Part shown: positions 26,343 to 34,652 of the stretch, piece after piece
Layout of the letters: every line of letters begins with the position of its first letter
Numbering within the stretch: the first letter of the stretch is position 1
IMG/VR virus record: IMGVR_UViG_3300016667_000768
Location: 1-43,385 of that record
Length of the DNA stretch: 43,385 nucleotides
Strand: one strand, 5' to 3'
Origin: a virus
Taxonomy: Duplodnaviria > Caudoviricetes
The notes under the pieces: model-generated
What the model saw: only the letters and a program-made list of their open reading frames with translations
What the model was told of the DNA's origin: nothing
Database searches by the model: none
Made by a program: the position numbers and the translations under genes

Positions 26343-27020
26343 TTATATCTCCATTTGCTTATTAAAAGTCAGCCTTTTTGGGCTAAACAAGTCTTGTTGT
26401 TTATAAGCCTGCTCAATACGCTTGCAAGCATTATCAAAATGCACCTGATCCCGCTCGATGCCTGTAAAATGACACCCGAATTTGACCGCAGCCACCCCGG
26501 TTGTACCTGACCCCGCAAAAGGGTCTAGTATGGTTTGCGGTCGCCCCATCAAATCAATGCACCATTCCATCAGCTCGATGGGTTTCTGCGTCGGGTGCAC
26601 TTTCTGAGCCTCGCGCCGGGTATGCGTCGGGGGCATGACTTCCCTGATTCGCGCATTGTCATCCCAGGAGCACCATGCCATCTCGCACTCGGCAAACGTT
26701 CGCCCACGCAAGCCGCCGCCTTTGTCCCACACAAGGAACATGCGCGACGGGGGCAGAGTAAAATAGTTCCCGCCCCAGACTATAGAGCGGTCGGCTTTTT
26801 CAATGGCTTGCAAGACAAGCTCATGAGGTGGCCGGTCGTCCCAATCAATCAGGTCGGTAAGGCTTTTCCAGTGGTTTGCCCACCTACCCCCGCCGTTTAA
26901 CTTTTTCCCCAGCCCATACGGCGGATCTGTAATGAGCGCATCGAACCGCCCAAGCTCCGGCATGGCTTCGGCGCAATCGCCGTGGATCATGATGCAATCA
27001 CCTATAATTTCTCGTTTCAT
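26343..27020 (-). CDS. Orphan DNA N6-adenine/N4-cytosine methyltransferase (beta class); likely start MKREII at 27020
   Basis: ITDPPYG precedes HPTQKP and LDPFAGSGTTG; ATGA overlap with cro. Confidence 0.93.
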   Translation of the reverse strand: MKREIIGDCIMIHGDCAEAMPELGRFDALITDPPYGLGKKLNGGGRWANHWKSLTDLIDWDDRPPHELVLQAIEKADRSIVWGGNYFTLPPSRMFLVWDKGGGLRGRTFAECEMAWCSWDDNARIREVMPPTHTRREAQKVHPTQKPIELMEWCIDLMGRPQTILDPFAGSGTTGVAAVKFGCHFTGIERDQVHFDNACKRIEQAYKQQDLFSPKRLTFNKQMEI

Positions 27021-27256
27021 TTTTTCCTCTTTCCAATCACATGCCAAGGCAGGTCAGGACGCATGTCCTGGACGGATACAGCTCCGTCCGTAGCCTCGTG
27101 GATCTTCAAGGCCACCTGAGCCGGTATAGTGGACGATCTGAGCCAGGCTAGAACGTTCTGCCTGTTGCAGCCAATCCGCCGCGCCAAGTCACTCTGAGAG
27201 CCCAGAAGCTCTATGGCCCGCAAGATGTGCGGGTTTTCGTAAATGTCGTTTTCCAT
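27017..27256 (-). CDS. Cro-like HTH regulator (YdaS family)
   Basis: AIELLGSQSDLARRIGCNRQNVLAW...ATDGAVSVQDMRPDLPW; first gene of the leftward early operon. Confidence 0.88.
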   Translation of the reverse strand: MENDIYENPHILRAIELLGSQSDLARRIGCNRQNVLAWLRSSTIPAQVALKIHEATDGAVSVQDMRPDLPWHVIGKRKK

Positions 27257-27303
27257 CGTAGCAATTCCTAATCACAAAAAACAAGGGGGAAGCGTGAAAA
27301 TTA

Positions 27304-27356
27304 TTTTACAGATTTTTGTAAAAAAGTGTTGACAAGATTCGTGGACAGTCTAAAAT
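27304..27356 (+). promoter_or_regulatory. Rightward early promoter with an upstream palindrome (candidate operator)
   Basis: TTTTACA-N6-TGTAAAA at 27304-27323; TTGACA-N16-TAAAAT at 27329-27356. Confidence 0.7.
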
Positions 27357-27371
27357 GCTCACCAACGCCAA

Positions 27372-27588
27372 GGCAATCCCGCCGAGGCAGGAACCGGAGA
27401 GCAGGCATGACTAAATTGATAGCAAAAAAAGACGGCACATTTCAAGTTCTGCATTCAGCAGAACATCAGGCAATTTTGGCTTTTGCTGAAGCGATAGCAA
27501 AACGCCATCAGTTTTCTATCTGGCCCGGATACGTTCCAAGTCATTAAAAACAACAGCATTGCCTCGGCAATCCCGCCGAGGCAGGAAC
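27372..27588 (+). repeat. 23-bp direct repeat GGCAATCCCGCCGAGGCAGGAAC flanking a small gene
   Basis: Exact copies at 27372-27394 and 27566-27588, each a hairpin just before an RBS. Confidence 0.9.
27407..27547 (+). CDS. Small early protein (46 aa); start MTKLIAK at 27407
   Basis: ACCGGAGAG RBS downstream of the promoter. Confidence 0.7.
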   Translation: MTKLIAKKDGTFQVLHSAEHQAILAFAEAIAKRHQFSIWPGYVPSH

Positions 27589-27601
27589 GGAGGATTAAGA
27601 C

Positions 27602-27916
27602 ATGAACGCATACAACACCGCCGCCACCGCCACCGCCACCGCCAGCTTAGTTCTTGACTGGGCATTTTCACTGCCAGCTCACATGATGTGGGTATCCGCT
27701 GGCGGAGGGACGTTTAACGTGTTGGCGGGTGCTGTAGCTTGTCATGCTGGCGTAAGCTTTGATCAGGCGCATGACGCGCTTGATCAAGTGGGTGGCCCCG
27801 ACTGGCGGGACGCGTTGTGGACCCGCAACCATCTGAACGATGGTGACGGGGTAGACGCAACTGGCGTCGCCAAATTTCTGGCCCGGCAGGCTCGCCGGGT
27901 TGGGGGTGCGGCATGA
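27602..27916 (+). CDS. Hypothetical early protein
   Basis: GGAGG RBS; ACCGCC hexamer run near the 5' end. Confidence 0.7.
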   Translation: MNAYNTAATATATASLVLDWAFSLPAHMMWVSAGGGTFNVLAGAVACHAGVSFDQAHDALDQVGGPDWRDALWTRNHLNDGDGVDATGVAKFLARQARRVGGAA

Positions 27917-27990
27917 TAAAATTTATTGAAATTTTTGCTTTGGTTTTAATCGGGGCAGTTATGGCCTATGCGTTTTTGGGGATGATCTGA
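27913..27990 (+). CDS. Hydrophobic micropeptide (25 aa)
   Basis: MIKFIEIFALVLIGAVMAYAFLGMI*; ATGA coupled to the upstream gene. Confidence 0.5.
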   Translation: MIKFIEIFALVLIGAVMAYAFLGMI

Positions 27991-27998
27991 GGAAATTT

Positions 27999-28169
27999 AT
28001 GATAGAGATGATTTTGATTGTTGTTGTATTTATTCTAATCGTTGGCGCGTTTCTTTCTATAGAGGCGTTCTACGATCTTAAGTTTGATGAATTGTGTGAG
28101 GGTTGTAGTGATGATGAAACTGAAGACGCTTCGGGAGATGCTCCTGCGGTCCCGAATCAAAAAGATTGA
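27999..28169 (+). CDS. Small membrane-anchored protein with acidic tail (56 aa)
   Basis: MIEMILIVVVFILIVGAFLSIEAFYDLKFDELCEGCSDDETEDASGDAPAVPNQKD*; GAGG RBS. Confidence 0.55.
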   Translation: MIEMILIVVVFILIVGAFLSIEAFYDLKFDELCEGCSDDETEDASGDAPAVPNQKD

Positions 28170-28272
28170 GCGGTTAGAAGCGGAGGCCGCGCTGGAATTT
28201 GAGGCGGTTTCAAAAAAAATTGAATACTTAATCCACGAGCGGAATCGGCTTAAGAGAGAGCTGAAAGATTAG
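28111..28272 (+). CDS. Small coiled-coil protein
   Basis: MMKLKTLREMLLRSRIKKIERLEAE... Confidence 0.6.
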   Translation: MMKLKTLREMLLRSRIKKIERLEAEAALEFEAVSKKIEYLIHERNRLKRELKD

Positions 28273-28403
28273 CAAAAACCATCAAGTCGGGAGTGATGGC
28301 AAAAACCCCGGAGACCGGACAGAGTGCGCCTACGTTTCACTATGTTTGAACCTCCAGCGAATACGCGGGCCGGTCAATTTTTTATATAACAGGGAAATAA
28401 ACC

Positions 28404-28592
28404 ATGTATGTTAAAACTGTTCAAATAATGTTTATAGCGGTATGGTTTGTCTATTTTATAGATTTTACTGTTAGCCATTTTAAGAGCGATTGTAACTTGT
28501 GGATAATCATTATAATGTATCCTTTTGTTATATTTGCATGGATTATATTTTCATTTCAGACTGTATTTTTTATATTGGAGATATTTAAATGA
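28404..28592 (+). CDS. Small two-TM membrane protein (AT-rich)
   Basis: Two hydrophobic segments; RBS-like CAGGGA; coupled to the exonuclease gene. Confidence 0.6.
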   Translation: MYVKTVQIMFIAVWFVYFIDFTVSHFKSDCNLWIIIIMYPFVIFAWIIFSFQTVFFILEIFK

Positions 28593-29347
28593 TTGTGTAC
28601 GATCACCCGCAAGGGTCAGAGGAATGGTTACGGGCAAGGGCTGGCAAAATCACGGCCAGCATGTTTAAGGTTGCCAGAGAGAGGGTCGGGGGGCTTACGG
28701 CTCAACAATCGTCATACGTGTACGCGATTCGGTCAGGATTAGATCAAGCTACCGCGCTGAAAATATCGGGCTACAAAAAGGCCCCCACGTCTGAGACAAT
28801 CACACGCGCTCTAGCCGGTGAAAAAGTTGGCACGTTTTCCGAAGCCGCGAAGAATTACGCCTTCAAGGTCGCGGTTGAAAGCATAAGCGGGCTGCCCCTA
28901 GACGAAGGTTTTCAGAGCTGGCAAATGCGACGCGGCCAGGAACTGGAGCCAGAGGCTCGTGACGCATACGAGCGTCGGTCGGGTAACTTGGTAGAACTGG
29001 CGTCTTTCGTCACAACTGACTGTCAGACTTTTGGTTGTTCAGCTGATGGACTAATAGACGATGATGGCGGGCTTGAGATAAAATGCCTTGTCTCACCCGA
29101 GGCAATTCGGGGGGCCATCCTGGATCACGACATCACCGCGTGGCACGATCAAGTACAGGGGGGCATGTGGATCACTGGCCGCGCATGGTGGGATTTTGTG
29201 ATCTATTGTCCCGCGCTGGCAGGGGTCAATCGTGAGCTAACAATCTGGAGGTGCGAACGTGATCAAGCGTATATTGATTCGCTTGAAACTGACTTAAATG
29301 AGTTTGTAGAATTGGTTAATTCGTATATCAAAAAACTGGAGTCATAA
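28589..29347 (+). CDS. YqaJ / lambda-exonuclease family protein
   Basis: QGSEEWLRARAGKITAS, MRRGQELEPEAR, GCSADGL, LEIKC and QVQGGMW motifs. Confidence 0.93.
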   Translation: MIVYDHPQGSEEWLRARAGKITASMFKVARERVGGLTAQQSSYVYAIRSGLDQATALKISGYKKAPTSETITRALAGEKVGTFSEAAKNYAFKVAVESISGLPLDEGFQSWQMRRGQELEPEARDAYERRSGNLVELASFVTTDCQTFGCSADGLIDDDGGLEIKCLVSPEAIRGAILDHDITAWHDQVQGGMWITGRAWWDFVIYCPALAGVNRELTIWRCERDQAYIDSLETDLNEFVELVNSYIKKLES

Positions 29348-29349
29348 AA

Positions 29350-30399
29350 ATGCAAAAAATTCAACGTATAACCCAGCCGCCCGTCGAATCCATTGGGCAA
29401 ACCCCAAACATTCAGGTCGGTCTTACTTCGCTTCAGGGGTTTGAGTTGGCTCAACGTGCCGCTCAGCTTCTATCAAGCTCCACACTTGTCCCCACTACGT
29501 ATCGGGAATACGTAGAGAAAAAGACTAGGGACGGAACGCAAATGGTGCAAAATAAAAGTGCGCGAGCAAATTGTGTGGTCGCCCTGAACATGGCAGCGAG
29601 AATGAATGCTGATCCGCTTATGATCATGCAAAATCTTCATATTATTGAGGGTCGCCCGTCTTGGTCTAGCCAGTGGATTATATCGGCAATCAATAATTGT
29701 GGTCGTTTTTCTCCGCTCCGTTATGACCTGATTGATCTTGGTGAAAAAATAGTTGATTATACTGTAACAGAATGGGTCAACGGCTCAAAAAGTGCGCGCT
29801 CTAAAAGCGCAAAAATTCAGAACTTGCAGTGTGTTGCATGGGTTATTGAAAAATCTTCGGGAGAGCGTTTAACTTCTCCGGCTGTATCAATAGAAATGGC
29901 AGTCAAAGAGGGCTGGTATTACAAGGCTGGCTCAAAATGGCAAACAATGCCTGAGGTTATGCTTAGATATCGTGCCTCTAGTTTTTTTGGGAAATTGTAC
30001 GCGCCCGAGCTTTTAATGGGACTTCCGGCTGTTGAGGAACTTCACGACATATACGACGCTGTGCAAACTGAGTCAGGTGCGTATTCGGTAGAACCTGAAG
30101 CCGATCAAAACCCAATCAAAAGCGCAAACCCGCCAGAATCAAAGGCTGAAGCCGCCCAGGAGGCTGAATTGGGGGAAACCGATCAAGAAAGTGATGGGGA
30201 TGTTTACCAACTTGTAAACACAGAAACCGGAGAGATTACCGGCGATGTTGACCCGTATGAGGATTTGAAGCTGGCCCTGAGCCAATGTACGCGCCGTGAC
30301 GAGGTGCGGGATCTTGTCAGGCAATTGACTACAGAGCAGAAAAAGAATCAAGAAATCAGAAACCTGTGCACCGCTCGCGGCTCGGAATTGGGAGAATAA
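29350..30399 (+). CDS. RecT-like single-strand annealing protein
   Basis: Follows the exonuclease; ANCVVALNMAARMNADPLMIMQNL...GRPSWSS and SKWQTMPEVMLRYRA motifs. Confidence 0.8.
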   Translation: MQKIQRITQPPVESIGQTPNIQVGLTSLQGFELAQRAAQLLSSSTLVPTTYREYVEKKTRDGTQMVQNKSARANCVVALNMAARMNADPLMIMQNLHIIEGRPSWSSQWIISAINNCGRFSPLRYDLIDLGEKIVDYTVTEWVNGSKSARSKSAKIQNLQCVAWVIEKSSGERLTSPAVSIEMAVKEGWYYKAGSKWQTMPEVMLRYRASSFFGKLYAPELLMGLPAVEELHDIYDAVQTESGAYSVEPEADQNPIKSANPPESKAEAAQEAELGETDQESDGDVYQLVNTETGEITGDVDPYEDLKLALSQCTRRDEVRDLVRQLTTEQKKNQEIRNLCTARGSELGE

Positions 30400-30400
30400 A

Positions 30401-31516
30401 ATGAACGATTTAGACGCGCTTTTTGACGAAGTTGAGACCGCAACCACCACCACGCTTCCAGATCTTGTTGTGGAAATATCCGGCATGGTCAGGCACTCAA
30501 ACCTTGACCAATTCAAGGCCGCCGCCCTTGTGGTTTTTGACGGAATCAAGACGGACCTGAAAACTGATGAAGACTTTGCCGAGGCCGAAGAAACGGTGAA
30601 ATGGTGCGGAGAGGTAGAAGCAAAGTTGAAGACCGCAAAACAAACCGCGCTGACTCAAACCGCATCAATTGATTCATTATTCAAAACTGTTGACGAACTG
30701 ACAGAGATTTGCAGGCAGAAACGCTTGACCGTTGAAAAGTTGGTAAAGGCCCAAAAAGAGACGATTAGGGCCGACCTTATCAAGGCTGCATCAAGTCAGA
30801 TTGAATCTTATTGTTTAAACCTAAATAATTCATTGCCAAAAAAAACATGTGTTACTGTTTCTTTTGATTTTTATAACGCAATCAAAGGCAAGAAAAGCAT
30901 AAAATCTTGCGAGCAGGCCATTCAAATTGAATCCGCTAGGGCAATTGCAGATGCAAACCAAACAGCCGAGATAATCAAAAGCAATTACGCGCTTCTGGTT
31001 GAACTTGATGCCGTTGACCTTGTTCCTGATTTTTCCACGCATTGCTTGAACTCTCCCGAGTCAATCCGGGAGCTGATTGAAACCCGAAAAGCCGCCGCTG
31101 CTGCCAGAGCTGAAGCCGAGCGGGAAAAAATCAGGCAGGAGGAGCTTGCCAAAATTGCCAGAATGGAAGCCGAAGAAAAGCGCAAGGCTGCCCAGGAGGC
31201 CGCAAGGCTGGCGGAAGCTGAAGCGCAAGCCGAGGCCAAGCTCCAAGCGGATGCCGAGCTTTCACGCGCCCTTCAGGCCCATCAGCCTGAGACCATGGAA
31301 GATGTCGAGGCAATGCAATCGGCTGAAGCCAGGCGCAAAGCCGAAGCCGAAGCAAAAGCCGCCAAGGACTCAATAAAACATGCCGCCGTACTTGACTACG
31401 CGCCCGTAATTGCCGAGTTCCTGAAAGCAAAAATTCCAGAAAAGGAATCAAGCAGAATCAGGGCTATTCTGATTGAATATGAAAAGTTTAAGTCAATTTA
31501 CAAGGAGGCAGAATAA
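30401..31516 (+). CDS. Coiled-coil recombination-module protein (DUF1351/Gam-like)
   Basis: TDEDFAEAEETVKWC, ALTQTASID and IKGKKSI motifs; Ala/Glu-rich coiled coil. Confidence 0.65.
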   Translation: MNDLDALFDEVETATTTTLPDLVVEISGMVRHSNLDQFKAAALVVFDGIKTDLKTDEDFAEAEETVKWCGEVEAKLKTAKQTALTQTASIDSLFKTVDELTEICRQKRLTVEKLVKAQKETIRADLIKAASSQIESYCLNLNNSLPKKTCVTVSFDFYNAIKGKKSIKSCEQAIQIESARAIADANQTAEIIKSNYALLVELDAVDLVPDFSTHCLNSPESIRELIETRKAAAAARAEAEREKIRQEELAKIARMEAEEKRKAAQEAARLAEAEAQAEAKLQADAELSRALQAHQPETMEDVEAMQSAEARRKAEAEAKAAKDSIKHAAVLDYAPVIAEFLKAKIPEKESSRIRAILIEYEKFKSIYKEAE

Positions 31517-31965
31517 TGGCACAACGTGGAGTAAACAAGGCAATTCTTTTAGGCCATATCGGCAACGATCCGGAAATCAGGACTACTCAAAGCGGGGACT
31601 GTGTTGCGAATTTTACGGTTGCGACCTCCGAGGTTTGGACCGATAAAAACGGGACAAAGCAGGACAAAACTGAATGGCATAAAATCGCGGCTTTTGGAAA
31701 AATAGCTGAGATAATTCAAAAATACACGCACAAAGGTAGCAAAATCTATCTGGAGGGACGGCTACAAACGCGCAAATGGACGGCCCAAGATGGCAGCGAC
31801 CGTTATGCAACTGAGATCGTAATGAATGAGGTTCAATTGCTAGACCGGAAAGAAACGGATGGAAACGGCAACCGGCCACAACAAACAAGGCCCGCCCAGG
31901 CAAACGGCAACCGATCGCCGCAACAACCGGCGGTGCTGGATTACGATGACGATCTATCTTTTTAA
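31516..31965 (+). CDS. ssb: Single-stranded DNA-binding protein
   Basis: GVNKAILLGHIGNDPE, TEWH and KGSKIYLEGRLQTRKW motifs; acidic tail DDDLSF. Confidence 0.97.
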   Translation: MAQRGVNKAILLGHIGNDPEIRTTQSGDCVANFTVATSEVWTDKNGTKQDKTEWHKIAAFGKIAEIIQKYTHKGSKIYLEGRLQTRKWTAQDGSDRYATEIVMNEVQLLDRKETDGNGNRPQQTRPAQANGNRSPQQPAVLDYDDDLSF

Positions 31966-31978
31966 TTGAGGAAAAGCA

Positions 31979-32539
31979 ATGAACACAGAATGGTCTGATA
32001 TTTTGAGCACTATCATTAATCACCCCGGCCTGACCTCGGCTGAGATAGCCGAAAAGATGGAGATTAAAGGCTACTACCGGACGATGAAAAGCACCGAGGC
32101 CGCTGAAAAAGTTGCAAAAATATGTAACAAACTCCGCGACAAATCACAGGTTTATTCTGCTAAAATAAAGAGCCCTGTGACGGGGCAGACGGTAAACGCA
32201 TGGAGCGCAAATCCGCATCGGCCAATTGTTGAGGCTGACCCGGTTGAAGTTGTTCAAGATCCCGTACAGGTTAAAACCGTAACGGATTCAAGGCCATGCT
32301 GTGAGCCGTTGCAGAAAAAACCGGAGCTGGTTGAAGATGTTCAAAAGCCAACACAGTCACGATCTTATGTGCTGCGTCCTTTAACGTTTTCTATCACAAA
32401 CGGCCATTATGAAAATGAAATTGAGCTGAGAGGTTCAACCGCCGTGATTGCGTCGAAAACCTTTTTGTCATTTGAGTCTATTGAGCAAGTGGACGATTTT
32501 GCTAATGCAATCAAGCAAGTTTTGTCCTACGCGGCTTGA
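31979..32539 (+). CDS. Hypothetical protein with an N-terminal winged-HTH-like region
   Basis: HPGLTSAEIAEKM; GAGG RBS. Confidence 0.7.
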   Translation: MNTEWSDILSTIINHPGLTSAEIAEKMEIKGYYRTMKSTEAAEKVAKICNKLRDKSQVYSAKIKSPVTGQTVNAWSANPHRPIVEADPVEVVQDPVQVKTVTDSRPCCEPLQKKPELVEDVQKPTQSRSYVLRPLTFSITNGHYENEIELRGSTAVIASKTFLSFESIEQVDDFANAIKQVLSYAA

Positions 32540-32549
32540 TCTTTTGAAG

Positions 32550-32723
32550 TGACAGCCGGGAAAGACCGGCACTGAATTTATGAACTGATGGGATGCACCC
32601 CCTAGCTGTTGGCCCGGTAGTCGGGGAACCTGACACGTAGCCATTGAAGGCGAGTCCACGACGGTGGGAGACACAGAGAGATATGCAGTGACAGCGTGCA
32701 TGACAGCCGGGAAAGACCGGCAC
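32550..32723 (+). repeat. 23-bp direct repeat TGACAGCCGGGAAAGACCGGCAC (hairpin) bracketing a 128-nt non-coding segment
   Basis: Exact copies at 32550-32572 and 32701-32723. Confidence 0.9.
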
Positions 32724-32825
32724 CCATTATGAATTAGGCTAATTCCGCCGTTTAGGAATCGCGCCAGCCGTTACTATGGCCTAGCCTGATTCTTTATGAG
32801 TATTTCAACAAAAGGAGCTATTTTT

Positions 32826-33479
32826 ATGAAAAAAGCAATCATTGCCGCAATTCTGACCGTTTCATCAACCTCCCACGCGTTGCCCGTTATTTACGGGGCT
32901 GACCAGTGCGGCTCTATTCCGCTGCCCGGTGTTAACAGTCAGGATCTTCGAATTGAATGTTTAGGCTATACGCCATTTGACCCGGCAAACCCGACAAAGA
33001 GCGGGATTGCAAGCGTTTTAAGAATTAACGCGCCCGGTCAGAATACTCAAAACGGGGTCGCAAATCTGGGGTGGGGTCAGACAAGCCAGACAAACGGTTA
33101 TTCTATTGGTGTGCAAGGCATAGCCGAGAGTTCAGGTTCCCTGAATGGCGTGAGGGGCGGAAAATTTGAGGGATACACTACCGGGACGGGTGACGACGTT
33201 GCAGCCGTGCAGGCTCTTGTGGGGGGCTCTAAATCAATTGATTTGAGCCAGCCTAATATATTAAGAGGTGTTTACGTCAAGGCTCGTGCAAGTCTGCCAA
33301 ACCCTCAACCTGTTGACGCCGGTATTGAGCTGGTAAAAGAACAAGGCGCAAGCTTTACGGCGGGCATTAAACTCAATGGCGCATCCCTTGAGCTTGACGA
33401 CAATCATCGAATAATATCAGTTCCAAACGCCGGTATATGTTTGCAGTATCGCCCGAACGTTAACGCCGCCTGGAGATAA
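32826..33479 (+). CDS. Putative secreted beta-rich protein; start MKKAII at 32826
   Basis: AAGGAG RBS; Sec-type signal peptide MKKAIIAAILTVSSTSHA. Confidence 0.75.
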   Translation: MKKAIIAAILTVSSTSHALPVIYGADQCGSIPLPGVNSQDLRIECLGYTPFDPANPTKSGIASVLRINAPGQNTQNGVANLGWGQTSQTNGYSIGVQGIAESSGSLNGVRGGKFEGYTTGTGDDVAAVQALVGGSKSIDLSQPNILRGVYVKARASLPNPQPVDAGIELVKEQGASFTAGIKLNGASLELDDNHRIISVPNAGICLQYRPNVNAAWR

Positions 33480-33564
33480 TTAGTTGTAGCGCCATCACAG
33501 AGAATGAGTTAGGCGTTCCCGGCCGACTGCAAAAGATGGCGCGTTTTTATATGTGAATAAAAAT

Positions 33565-33798
33565 ATGAAATTATCGCCCCACGCATCCCGTAAATTGTGG
33601 GATATTTTATCTCACGCCGAAATTCAGCACCAGTTAAACGGGGCTGACTTGGCCGAACTGTTAAAGCGCAAAGCAAACCGGGAAAACGGGCAAACCAAAA
33701 AACTATTATTGCAAATTGCCAGCTTTGGCAATCCGGGTGCGTCTGAATGGATAGGTTATTTTGTAAATTGGATGAATGAAAAGGAGAAGAGGCAGTGA
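33565..33798 (+). CDS. Hypothetical protein
   Basis: ORF coupled to the next gene. Confidence 0.6.
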   Translation: MKLSPHASRKLWDILSHAEIQHQLNGADLAELLKRKANRENGQTKKLLLQIASFGNPGASEWIGYFVNWMNEKEKRQ

Positions 33799-34052
33799 AA
33801 CCCCAAACCGAATACCGGCCGGCATTGCGCCTGATCATTGACGAATTGCCTCCGCTCAATAGAAACCTATGGCTGGTGAATAGTTATGGCGTTGGTTATA
33901 AGGGCCCGTGGAGACCGGGAGAGGGGGTTATAGCCTGGTGCCCTCTCCCGGATTTTACGCCCGAACAAAAAACCCGCCTCGATTGTTTAAGGCAGGTCGG
34001 AGTTGATCTTACTTGCCTGATCCCTGAACCGTCTCAGAGCGCCGCTGTTTAA
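33795..34052 (+). CDS. Hypothetical protein (DUF551-like AWCPLP motif)
   Basis: DELPP...VIAWCPLPD; AGGAG/GAGG RBS. Confidence 0.65.
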   Translation: MKPQTEYRPALRLIIDELPPLNRNLWLVNSYGVGYKGPWRPGEGVIAWCPLPDFTPEQKTRLDCLRQVGVDLTCLIPEPSQSAAV

Positions 34053-34206
34053 CGAAAAGCCCAATAACTGACACCAGGGCCGCCGCGCCCTGAATAATGG
34101 CTGTCGCGTGTTCTGGTGAGATATTGACCCCAAAAAGAGTCAGGAGCCCGACAAGACCCGCGACGGTGGAAGGTTCAAGAGCTAATCCAATCTGATAACC
34201 GTTCAT
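34009..34206 (-). CDS. Holin (two TM segments)
   Basis: EPSTVAGLVGLLTLFG and GAALVSVIGLFV-type hydrophobic segments with a basic C-terminus; adjacent to the endolysin. Confidence 0.75.
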   Translation of the reverse strand: MNGYQIGLALEPSTVAGLVGLLTLFGVNISPEHATAIIQGAAALVSVIGLFVKQRRSETVQGSGK

Positions 34207-34212
34207 ATTTCC

Positions 34213-34641
34213 TCAAAAGCTTTTAAGCTGAAAATGCATTCCATCAGGTTTGCTCCACGTTCCGCCCCAATCAAACGAGCCAGTATCGGTAAAACAGGCC
34301 ACAAGTTCCTTTGACATAGTCGGCTTTTTACCGAATCCGTTTGTTGAGGCGTTGATATCTATTGCCAGGCCCCAAGCGTGCATACTCCATGATGTACCAC
34401 CGCGCTTCTGCCGGACCAGATAACAGCCGTTCCATTCTTTCACCTGATCAAGCAGGCCCCGCTTGATGATGTTTGCAAACGCCTTTTTCAGCGGTTCAAC
34501 CATCAGCAAATTACAATAAACCCGCTTCGGTAATTTGCCTTGAGCCAATTCCGGAGGCACTACCCAGAGCGTCATATACCTGCCCTCTGTCCCGGTTCCT
34601 GGACGACCAAACCTGTTAAGACATTGTCCTGATGTGATCAT
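34213..34641 (-). CDS. Endolysin, peptidase M15 family
   Basis: SMHAWGLAIDIN, WGGTW and DGMHFQ zinc-peptidase motifs. Confidence 0.92.
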   Translation of the reverse strand: MITSGQCLNRFGRPGTGTEGRYMTLWVVPPELAQGKLPKRVYCNLLMVEPLKKAFANIIKRGLLDQVKEWNGCYLVRQKRGGTSWSMHAWGLAIDINASTNGFGKKPTMSKELVACFTDTGSFDWGGTWSKPDGMHFQLKSF

Positions 34642-34652
34642 TTATTCACCTT

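Noticed and set aside
26343-27020. Restriction-modification system
   Set aside because: No adjacent restriction endonuclease; orphan methyltransferases are common in phages.
27017-27256. YdaS/YdaT toxin-antitoxin pair
   Set aside because: YdaS-family proteins are Cro-like regulators, and no YdaT/CII-like partner follows.
27616-27646. ACCGCC hexamer run as a phase-variation switch
   Set aside because: The unit length is a multiple of 3, so slippage only changes the Thr-Ala count.
32550-32723. Mini-CRISPR array
   Set aside because: Only two repeats, a 128-nt interval and no cas genes. Retained as a structured-RNA finding instead.
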